The notes beneath the pieces are model-generated. The model worked only from the letters and a program-made list of their open reading frames with translations, was not told the origin of the DNA and searched no databases. Shown piece by piece: positions 8,522 through 15,696 of a stretch of DNA of 35,496 bases. The stretch lies in contig SKIN01000044.1 of NCBI GenBank assembly GCA_007116405.1, forward strand, positions 1-35,496, given 5' to 3'. The stretch's first letter is position 1. Every line of letters begins with the position of its first letter. Origin of the DNA: Candidatus Kaiserbacteria bacterium. Its GTDB lineage: Bacteria; Patescibacteriota; Minisyncoccia; Phycocordibacterales; UBA12088. Made by a program: the position numbers and the translations under genes.

Positions 8522-9763
8522 TTATATACTGAAGTTGCGCAAGGAGTAGAGGTCATCCTCCTCCTCTTCGCGCTTATGCGAGGGTTCGTTGGTCTCGTTT
8601 TGCTCTACTTGCGCCGGCACTGCTTGGGCCTGGGGCGTCATACCGAGCATTGCAAACGCCGCACTCATACGGTCGGTACTAGAGCGCTCAGGTGCGGTGT
8701 CTTCTTCAGGTAATGGACGGTCCTGTGATGGTGCAACATGCGGCGCTTCCGCGTCGACGGCGGGCTCCCCGGAAGCCTCTCCGCTCGCTATGTCCGCGAT
8801 AGGGTCAGCGCTGTCTTCTTCCGGCATTGCCATCGTTCCGGCTGCTGCTGCAAATACTCCGGCGGCAACCGCAGGTGCAGTGCGTTGCGGCGCCTCGCTT
8901 GGAAACATGTTCGCGGCACGCATCTCACTCTCTCGCTCCACTTGGATGGCGCGAAGTAGGGCTTCCAAGTCGTCCGGTGAGAAGAAGCTGATGACGACAC
9001 GTCCGCCTACCTCCCTTGGCTCGATAGTGACTCGGGTTCCCAGTTTCTCTGTGAGAGAGCGCTCGAGCTCAAGTATTTCCGGGTTGATCTTATGCTTGGC
9101 ACTCACTTTGTCTTGCGCGGCTCGACGCGCCAGTGCTTCCGATTCGCGCACGGTCAACTTTCGGAGCAGTATCTCCTTTGCGAGTACCGCCTGCTCTTCC
9201 GGTCTATCATTGAGCATCATAAGGGGACGAGCGTGCCCTTCGGAAATGCGTCCCTCGGAAAGGTACGTAAGCATGTTCTCAGGTAGCGTGAGGAGGCGTA
9301 ATGTGTTTGAGACGTATTCTCTACTCTTGCCAACCTTCTTTCCTATTTCGATATGAGTGAAATTGAACTCTTTATACAATTTTTGAAATGCTATCGCGCG
9401 GTCGACCGGGTTCAGGTCTTCGCGCTGGAGGTTCTCGATGATGGCGAGCTCCAGCTTCATTTGGTCGGTCTGTTCACCGGTACGGATGATGACCGGAACC
9501 TGGGAAAGACCGGCTATTTTGCTTGCGCGGAGACGGCGCTCACCGGCAATGAGCTCGTATGATACGTTGATGCCCCCGTCTTCGCGGGACCTTTCGTGTC
9601 GTGTGACCGTGAGCGGCTGGAGAAGCCCGTACATGCGAATCGACTCCGCAAGCTCGTTGAGCTTTGCTTCATCGAACTCTCTGCGTGGCTGAAACGGGTT
9701 TGGCTTGATGCGTTCGATCTCAACCCAGAAGATCGAATCGCGATACATATCGCTCTCGCTCAT
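8522..9763 (-). CDS. parB: ParB/Spo0J-type partition protein with a long acidic, low-complexity C-terminal tail
   Basis: ParB box (QPRREFDEAKLNELAESIRMYGLLQPL; LIAGERRLRA) and an HTH region, followed by about 130 aa rich in A/E/P/D. Confidence 0.85.
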   Translation of the reverse strand: MSESDMYRDSIFWVEIERIKPNPFQPRREFDEAKLNELAESIRMYGLLQPLTVTRHERSREDGGINVSYELIAGERRLRASKIAGLSQVPVIIRTGEQTDQMKLELAIIENLQREDLNPVDRAIAFQKLYKEFNFTHIEIGKKVGKSREYVSNTLRLLTLPENMLTYLSEGRISEGHARPLMMLNDRPEEQAVLAKEILLRKLTVRESEALARRAAQDKVSAKHKINPEILELERSLTEKLGTRVTIEPREVGGRVVISFFSPDDLEALLRAIQVERESEMRAANMFPSEAPQRTAPAVAAGVFAAAAGTMAMPEEDSADPIADIASGEASGEPAVDAEAPHVAPSQDRPLPEEDTAPERSSTDRMSAAFAMLGMTPQAQAVPAQVEQNETNEPSHKREEEEDDLYSLRNFSI

Positions 9764-9884
9764 GACGTGATGGTGACAGGTGCGACGGGCAAGATCGACA
9801 CCCTTACTAAATGCCCGATGTGTTTAGTATACACTGATTGCCCTCTATAGAAAATGCGGTACACTGTGGAAACCCCGATACCAT

Positions 9885-9966
9885 GCCGGAGTGGCGGAAT
9901 TGGTAGACGCGCACGACTCAAAATCGTGTCTCGCAAGGGGTGAGGGTTCGATTCCCTCCTCCGGCA
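9885..9966 (+). tRNA. tRNA-Leu (anticodon CAA)
   Basis: Acceptor GCCGGAG/CTCCGGC, anticodon loop CTCAAAA, long variable arm, T arm GAGGG-TTCGATT-CCCTC. Confidence 0.9.
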
Positions 9967-10099
9967 CACACATACACCGTCTATGACCACACTGTCATAG
10001 ACGGTTTAAGCGATGCTGCTGCCCTGCCGTCAATACCTGTGGAGCTGACAGGCGGGTATAGTACACGTAGAAGGCAACCACAACGCGAGGAGGTGCAGT

Positions 10100-10573
10100 A
10101 TGTTGTCGTTTGAGATGCGTGAAGAACGCGGATTTCCCCTACTGTTTCAGACGTACTTGCAGACAGTTAAGAATAGTGTCAGCTCGCATCAGTTCCGTAA
10201 TCTGTACATGGAGCAAGGCGGTCGTAGTGTGGACGTACTTGAGGACGGCAATCTCTCGTGCGCGTACTACGTATCGTCCCTACTGATGCCACTTGGACTC
10301 ATTCAGCGTCCACACACGTGGGTCAAGAATACCGTTCATGACCTTCGTTCATCCGGATGGGAAGCAACCAAGGTCCTTGAACCAGGCTGCATACTTGTAT
10401 GGGCGGCAAAAGTGGGGGAGAGCGGCAGGTCTCATAAGCACATCGGCTTTTACATCGGGGGTGGTCGTGCCATAAGCAACGACGACCGCCTTCGGTCACC
10501 GCAGGAGCATGACGCCGATATGGGCGGGAGGCACATCGACCTTATTCTCGATCATTACGCGCTGGAACGGTAA
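10100..10573 (+). CDS. Hypothetical protein, possibly a papain-fold (NlpC/P60-like) hydrolase
   Basis: 157 aa. A Cys in GNLSCAYYVSS and a His in HIGFYIGGGRAISND occur in the order and spacing typical of NlpC/P60. Weak, by eye only. Confidence 0.35.
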   Translation: MLSFEMREERGFPLLFQTYLQTVKNSVSSHQFRNLYMEQGGRSVDVLEDGNLSCAYYVSSLLMPLGLIQRPHTWVKNTVHDLRSSGWEATKVLEPGCILVWAAKVGESGRSHKHIGFYIGGGRAISNDDRLRSPQEHDADMGGRHIDLILDHYALER

Positions 10574-10637
10574 GTTCGCGCAGCACACCATAACGGGCGG
10601 CCCTTGCGGGGTCGCCCTCTTTTTCTATACTGCACTG

Positions 10638-11540
10638 ATGGAACAGCAACGACTCATCGCTATCGTAGGACCCACGGCAAGTGGGAAGACAGGCCTCGGC
10701 ATAGAGCTTGCAAGGCACATTGGCGGCGAGGTCATTTCTGCCGATTCACGGCAGGTGTACCGAGGGCTCGACATCGGCACCGAGAAAGTGACGCTGAGGG
10801 AGATGAGGGGTGTTCCCCATCACTGTATTGATATAGCTTCCCCGCAGCGCACCTTTTCGGTAGAACAATGGCGCACCCATGCGCTTCGTGCCCTGCGTGA
10901 CATCGTGCGGAGAGGCAATGTGCCTATCCTTGTCGGTGGCACAGGGTGGTACGTCGATGCACTTTTGTACGGTGTCGTACTGCCACACGTACCACCAAAC
11001 CTTGCCCTGCGTGCCTCGCTACAGAAACGGTCAACTGAAGAACTCTACGACACGCTGCGCACACTCGACCCCGAACGCGCTCGTACCGTAGAACGACACA
11101 ACCCTCGACGACTCATACGAGCGATCGAGGTTGCAACGGCGTGCGGCAGTGTCCCCCAGATACGCTACGACGCGCCTGCGTTTGATGTACTGTGGGCGGG
11201 CCTGAACCCCGGAATGGAGGAACTCGAGAAGCGAATTGAGGCGCGGTTGGAGCGCAGTTTGCGTCGGGGACTCGTAGCAGAGACCAAAGCGCTGCGTACC
11301 GACCTGCACCTATCAACCAAACGTATTGAGGAACTTGGTCTGGAGTATCGCGCTGTGGATGCGTACCTACGAGGCGCGTACACCAAGGACGAACTCCGTG
11401 CACAGCTCGTGACAGGACTTCGGCGCTACGCGAAGCGTCAAATGACGTGGTTCAAGCGCAACAAGGACATTGTGTGGTACACAAGCCCCGACGATGCGCT
11501 GGGTGACACCCTGCTTCGACTCACTTCTCCTCCTCAGTAA
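10638..11540 (+). CDS. miaA: tRNA dimethylallyltransferase MiaA
   Basis: Start at MEQQRLIAIVGPTASGKT (P-loop), followed by ISADSRQVYRGLDIGT. Confidence 0.9.
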   Translation: MEQQRLIAIVGPTASGKTGLGIELARHIGGEVISADSRQVYRGLDIGTEKVTLREMRGVPHHCIDIASPQRTFSVEQWRTHALRALRDIVRRGNVPILVGGTGWYVDALLYGVVLPHVPPNLALRASLQKRSTEELYDTLRTLDPERARTVERHNPRRLIRAIEVATACGSVPQIRYDAPAFDVLWAGLNPGMEELEKRIEARLERSLRRGLVAETKALRTDLHLSTKRIEELGLEYRAVDAYLRGAYTKDELRAQLVTGLRRYAKRQMTWFKRNKDIVWYTSPDDALGDTLLRLTSPPQ

Positions 11541-11733
11541 GGTCTGCTTCTATCTCACGAAATTCATTCTCAACCTCGCGGATGCGTGCTTTGAGTTTTT
11601 TGACCAGCGCAGCACCCTGCTTGACCTTTGAGAGGCCTTCTTCCACATCAAGCTCTTCGCCTTTCTCAAACCACTCGGCTATGGCTTCGAGTTCTTTAAG
11701 CTGGGTCTGTATGGTGTCCTTTTTTTCTGTCAT
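11521..11733 (-). CDS. xseB: Exodeoxyribonuclease VII small subunit
   Basis: 70 aa from MTEKKDTIQ, helical and acidic (LEEIAEWFEKGEELDVEE-like). Begins 4 nt after the xseA stop. Confidence 0.8.
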   Translation of the reverse strand: MTEKKDTIQTQLKELEAIAEWFEKGEELDVEEGLSKVKQGAALVKKLKARIREVENEFREIEADLTEEEK

Positions 11734-11737
11734 GGTC

Positions 11738-13015
11738 CTATTGTACACCGCTATCCTTCTTTTGCACGACCGACCGCACAGTGCCGTCCGCCAAGCGAGT
11801 CGTGAGTGTGTCACCTTCCGTGACATCGTTCACACTCCTCACCACTTTCCCTGCGGGATCGTACACAATGCCATACCCGCGAGCAAGTAAGCGTGCGGGG
11901 TCTGAGACGGCGATGATGCGCTCGAAACCTTCTATGGACCGCACCGTGTCACTCAGGCGGGACGTCAGGGCGCCGAGGATACGACGTGTGTAGCGTGCCT
12001 CACGCTCACGGATACGAGTGACCTCGAGGGGAATGCGGTTACGTGCGGAACGTATCACCTCTTCATAGCGGTAGAAACGCGACACAATGCGTGCAATGGC
12101 GTGCCGGACACCTCTCATGGCAAGCTCAGCTCTGTGCTCCATGTCACGTAGGTTGGTACGGAATGACGTGGCGATGCGCTCTGCTAGACGTGGCATACGC
12201 TCTGTGAGCGGGGCCCACGAGTCATTGATGAGATGCGCGACCGCTGTCGGTGTACTCGCGCTTCTGTCTGCGACCATGTTTGCTATAGGAGCATCCACAT
12301 CGTGACCAATGCCCACCAAGACAGGTACAGGGCTTGCGAATATGGCTCGCGCCACAGCTTCATTGTTGAAGCCCTGGAGCGACTCGAGTGAACCGCCGCC
12401 ACGAATGAGCACAAGGACTTCGGGGCCATCCTTCATGCGTGCAAAGTGTTCTATGGCGCGAAGTATCTCCGACGCGGAATCAGCACCTTCGACCCCGGCA
12501 TGGAGAAAGTCGATACGGATACCCAACGGGCGCAGGTTCTTTCTGAGGTCTTGCAACACGACGCCGTTGCGTGAAGATATGACACCTATGTGGCTGATAC
12601 AGACGGGCAGCTCACGCTTCCGCACAAAGAGACCCTCTTGGTCGAGTTTCTTTACAAGGAGCTCGTATGCCCTGCGTAGCGCGCCCTCACCGACAGGTTC
12701 GATCTGCGACACCCAAAAGCCGAAGTTGCCGCTCTTTGCCGCTATCTTTCCGTAGCCGGTCACACGGACCGCCATGCCTTCTTCCACATTCACTCCAAGG
12801 CGCCGGTAGACGCCGCTGTGGAGTCCGCACCTGAGTATCGCGCCTGTCTCCGCATCCTTGAGCGCGAAGAAGACCCATTGCGGGAGTATCTTGAGGTCGG
12901 TCACTTCCCCTTCCACCGACACCGTGAGTGGTGCCAGCAATGTGTTCACCACTTCGAGGTATTCGTCCACGCGCAATACCCGCGAAGTGAGTTCGTCTGT
13001 GAAAGGATGTGACAT
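11738..13015 (-). CDS. xseA: Exodeoxyribonuclease VII large subunit
   Basis: 425 aa. N-terminal OB-fold region (VEGEVTDLK...WVFFALKD) and catalytic core (GVISSRNGVVLQD, LIRGGGSLE). Confidence 0.9.
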   Translation of the reverse strand: MSHPFTDELTSRVLRVDEYLEVVNTLLAPLTVSVEGEVTDLKILPQWVFFALKDAETGAILRCGLHSGVYRRLGVNVEEGMAVRVTGYGKIAAKSGNFGFWVSQIEPVGEGALRRAYELLVKKLDQEGLFVRKRELPVCISHIGVISSRNGVVLQDLRKNLRPLGIRIDFLHAGVEGADSASEILRAIEHFARMKDGPEVLVLIRGGGSLESLQGFNNEAVARAIFASPVPVLVGIGHDVDAPIANMVADRSASTPTAVAHLINDSWAPLTERMPRLAERIATSFRTNLRDMEHRAELAMRGVRHAIARIVSRFYRYEEVIRSARNRIPLEVTRIREREARYTRRILGALTSRLSDTVRSIEGFERIIAVSDPARLLARGYGIVYDPAGKVVRSVNDVTEGDTLTTRLADGTVRSVVQKKDSGVQ

Positions 13016-13019
13016 GATG

Positions 13020-13090
13020 CGGGTCCACTCCGACTCGAACGGAGGACGGCGGTTTTGGAGACCGCTGTTTTACCACTAAACTATGGACCC
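13020..13090 (-). tRNA. tRNA-Trp (anticodon CCA)
   Basis: Acceptor GGGTCCA/TGGACCC, anticodon loop CTCCAAA, T arm CTCCG-TTCGAGT-CGGAG. Its 3' end is 5 nt from the xseA start codon. Confidence 0.9.
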
Positions 13091-13110
13091 GTAACGACGT
13101 ATATTTTCCC

Positions 13111-13138
13111 CTAAAAACAACAAACCGGCAAGTGCCGG
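13111..13138 (-). terminator. Hairpin plus T-run after rpmG
   Basis: CCGGCA-nn-TGCCGG, followed on the minus strand by TTTGTTGTTTTT. Confidence 0.5.
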
Positions 13139-13161
13139 CTGTGCAGTGCGTGCGTGGAGGC

Positions 13162-13317
13162 TTACTTCTTCACCTCCTTATACACCACATACTTCCTGAG
13201 CACAGGGTCGTATTTGCGAAGTTCAAGCTTCTTTTCGACACGCTTTTTGTTGCGGTTGTCGTACCGCATATGCTTGCTCTCAGTGCTCTTCAGTTTTACT
13301 AGGTGATCCTGGGACAT
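13162..13317 (-). CDS. rpmG: 50S ribosomal protein L33
   Basis: 51 aa from the internal Met (MSQDHLVKLKSTESKHMRYDNRNKKRVEKKLELRKYDPVLRKYVVYKE), which looks typical of L33. Confidence 0.85.
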   Translation of the reverse strand: MSQDHLVKLKSTESKHMRYDNRNKKRVEKKLELRKYDPVLRKYVVYKEVKK

Positions 13318-13379
13318 GCGAAGGATAGTACAGCAATAGAGGGCGGGCGTCAATAAAAGGCTACGCGCATCCCCTTAGA

Positions 13380-14339
13380 TCAATTATATACGGAGAAGTG
13401 TGCTGCCGTTATGCGCGGGACGACTTGTATGCTACCGGCTGGCACGCCCTGCGCGACAAGCTGATCTTTCTCTTGTTGTGTCTTGACTTCATAGACCGCG
13501 CGAAGTCCGTTTGCTTCTGCTATTTCAATCACCCTTCTTACTTCTGCTCCCGTGGGTGTGTAGGAAGAACCACCAACAAAGTTGTAGTCGATGCACGTGC
13601 CATTGTAGTGGCACGGATTACTGTGACGGACAGTCGGTGGCCATACCTCAGTGACCCACATGTTAAGTCCGGCTGCTGTTACAGCGTTGTGGAATGTGAT
13701 TATCTTATCAAGGGTGTTTGCATCGAGTTGGCAATTTCCCGTAGGTGACGCACTCCTGTCGCACTCCCTTCCGTTTGTACGAAGAGAGTGGATGTCGACA
13801 CAGGTGCTACAAAATGATGTTGCTACGGGTGCTTGGGGTGGACGCGTTATAGGTTCGCCGGGTGTAAGCGGAGGTCGTTCGGGGCCCTCTATGTCAGTAC
13901 CTCTACATAGGATTTCATTCCATGGACCCCATTCTGCCGGACCTGCCTCGCCATAGAACGTCTTCATAGCAAAATCGATAAAGAGGTATGACGCGAGTAC
14001 GATGATCAGTCCTATGAGCGTTCTAATGAAAACACGGTGTGCCTTTGCGATGTTCGCAGGGCTCGCCGGAGAGAACAAATACAGAACGCCAGCGTTCACA
14101 AATAACAGTGCTGCTACAATCACTACTACAAATACAAAGAAGTCGATGATGTTCTTAGCAAGTGCGACGAGTTCACAGGGGGTGCAAATATCATCAGTGG
14201 TGTTTCCACAGGGAACCAGTGGTGCCAGCCATGCAAAAGACAGCAAAGGAAACAGCATGAGCACTGTGACCATTGCCACCATTAGCCTGCTTCTTGCAGA
14301 CCGCCTTGTTGATGAATTGTTGTTGGCTTCTGTATTCAT
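13380..14339 (-). CDS. Membrane protein A: N-terminal cysteine-containing pilin-like two-helix module, Pro-rich linker, Cys-rich C-terminal domain
   Basis: 319 aa from MNTEANNN. The module LVPCG...CTPCELVALA...FVNAGVLYLF.PASPANI.KAH...IGLIIVLA resembles the T4SS-pilin-like family common in CPR genomes (recalled, not searched). The C-terminal domain has H-x6-D plus a distal His. Confidence 0.6.
   Translation of the reverse strand: MNTEANNNSSTRRSARSRLMVAMVTVLMLFPLLSFAWLAPLVPCGNTTDDICTPCELVALAKNIIDFFVFVVVIVAALLFVNAGVLYLFSPASPANIAKAHRVFIRTLIGLIIVLASYLFIDFAMKTFYGEAGPAEWGPWNEILCRGTDIEGPERPPLTPGEPITRPPQAPVATSFCSTCVDIHSLRTNGRECDRSASPTGNCQLDANTLDKIITFHNAVTAAGLNMWVTEVWPPTVRHSNPCHYNGTCIDYNFVGGSSYTPTGAEVRRVIEIAEANGLRAVYEVKTQQEKDQLVAQGVPAGSIQVVPRITAAHFSVYN
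13905..14219 (-). repeat. Copy 1 of the ~312-nt pilin-like module coding repeat
   Basis: Encodes residues LVPCGN...WNEILC of protein A. By-eye alignment to the C terminus of protein B gives about four-fifths amino-acid identity. Confidence 0.8.
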
Positions 14340-14349
14340 GGGGCAAGAA

Positions 14350-15156
14350 CTAGTTACACAAGATGTTATTCCACGGACCCCAATCTGCCGGGCCCGCCTC
14401 ACCGTAGAACGTCTTCATTGCAAAATCAATGAAGAGGAAAGCCGCGAGGACGATGATGAGTCCAATAAGTGTCCTGATGAACAAACGATGCGCCTTTGAG
14501 ATATTGGCGGGTGATGCAGGTGCAAAGAGGTAGAGGACGCCAGCGTTCACAAACAGAAGTGCAGCAACGATGACCACGGCGAATACGAAGAAGTTGAGTA
14601 TTCTCTGCGCCAGTGCAACGAGCTCACAAGGCGTGCACATTACGTTGCCGTCTCCACATGGCACAAGACCGGCTTGATTGGCGGTGGGGTCTTGAGCAGG
14701 AGGTGGGGGGTTAGAAGTAGCCCCCCCTCCACCTGAATCTGTAGTAGGGGGTACATAGGCTGAATTCACAATACGGTTGTTTGTGACCGGCAACGCACCA
14801 GGCGCCTCATACGTTATTCGGTACGTACCCTCTACATTGGTATCAAGACTACTTACTGAAGTGATGGTGTTGGTGGATGCATCAATCAATTCGATCCTTA
14901 CCGTAACCTCGCTTGAATCAAGGGGCAGACCCCACCTGTCCTTATACTCAACACCTTGCAACAGATCTGCCTGAGTGATGACACCGGAATCATATTCCAA
15001 CATTACCGAGCCATCCGGTACTTCTATTCTATTATTTGCAAAGGCTACGCTCGGTGTAAAAAGAGCAATCAGGAACCCCGTAATGACACACAGAGCCACT
15101 ATCCCATACACATATCGTTGTGCGCTGACATTTGTCAGAGATACTACACCACTCAT
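14350..15156 (-). CDS. Membrane protein B: signal anchor, Ig-like beta domain, Gly/Pro linker, C-terminal pilin-like two-helix module
   Basis: 268 aa from MSGVVSL. The middle region contains LDTNVEGTYRITYEA, typical of bacterial Ig-like domains. The C terminus is the same module as in protein A. Confidence 0.6.
   Translation of the reverse strand: MSGVVSLTNVSAQRYVYGIVALCVITGFLIALFTPSVAFANNRIEVPDGSVMLEYDSGVITQADLLQGVEYKDRWGLPLDSSEVTVRIELIDASTNTITSVSSLDTNVEGTYRITYEAPGALPVTNNRIVNSAYVPPTTDSGGGGATSNPPPPAQDPTANQAGLVPCGDGNVMCTPCELVALAQRILNFFVFAVVIVAALLFVNAGVLYLFAPASPANISKAHRLFIRTLIGLIIVLAAFLFIDFAMKTFYGEAGPADWGPWNNILCN
14356..14667 (-). repeat. Copy 2 of the pilin-like module coding repeat
   Basis: Encodes LVPCGD...WNNILC at the extreme C terminus of protein B. 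Confidence 0.8.
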
Positions 15157-15315
15157 AACACACCCATTATTGCACGTTTTGGGTCGCAGCACTGACTTTA
15201 TCCCCAAATGCATTGGGTCATATCGGAAACAGCTCGCGGAAGCGGTAAGAACTAACATGTCGAAGGACGACGGCATTTACAAAGTATTCAATTCAATGGT
15301 ACTATCTCACGCACA

Positions 15316-15398
15316 GCGTCGGTGGCGGAGTGGTCAATCGCACTTGGCTGTAAACCAAGCGGCTTCGGCCTACGGGGGTTCGAATCCCTCCCGGCGCA
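15316..15398 (+). tRNA. tRNA-Tyr (anticodon GUA)
   Basis: Acceptor GCGTCGG/CCGGCGC (one G-U pair), anticodon loop CTGTAAA, long variable arm, T loop TTCGAAT, discriminator A. Confidence 0.9.
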
Positions 15399-15401
15399 CA
15401 A

Positions 15402-15432
15402 ACAAAACCCTGCGTATGCAGGGTTTTTGTGT
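15402..15432. terminator. Bidirectional terminator hairpin; copy 1 of a 31-nt direct repeat
   Basis: ACAAAACCCTGC-GTAT-GCAGGGTTTTTGTGT, identical to 15648-15678. Confidence 0.75.
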
Positions 15433-15597
15433 GGGCGACGGGAAGTATGGTGCCTAAGCACCATACGTGGGATTCGAACGGCCGGAGTCATGTTCCGAGT
15501 GAAGCGAGGAACGGACGAGGCCCGTCCAGCGGCACTTGTGAGATGAGCGGCTTTGCCGCGAAGCGAGCTAGTGACCGCGGGATCAATCCCTTCTCTG
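15433..15597. ncRNA. Unclassified structured element E1, homologous to 34830-35006 (strand unresolved)
   Basis: Non-coding gap between two copies of the same terminator. Several local perfect hairpins (15445-15466, GTTCC/GGAAC, GCGGC/GCCGC, GGGA/TCCC). Contains a tRNA-like GGGATTCGAA block (TTCGAATCCC on the other strand). Shares ordered sequence blocks with E2. Confidence 0.4.
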
Positions 15598-15647
15598 ATA
15601 AACCATTAGTATATGGCAGTCAGAAATTAATTGGATCATAGCAACAC

Positions 15648-15678
15648 ACAAAACCCTGCGTATGCAGGGTTTTTGTGT
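15648..15678. terminator. Bidirectional terminator hairpin; copy 2 of the 31-nt direct repeat (also serves clpB)
   Basis: Identical to 15402-15432. Lies 19 nt past the clpB stop. Confidence 0.75.
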
Positions 15679-15696
15679 TGAATCCAGAGATGCTTC

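Noticed and set aside
9967-10100. Possible parS or structured element between tRNA-Leu(CAA) and the next gene. A CACGTG also occurs at about 10315.
   Set aside because: Only a terminator hairpin (9976-10005) and an imperfect second hairpin are present. Neither site matches the 16-nt parS palindrome.
15429-15641. 70-aa plus-strand ORF covering element E1.
   Set aside because: It has no ribosome-binding site. It starts inside the terminator-flanked non-coding element and has no protein-like motifs, while the region is dominated by perfect hairpins.
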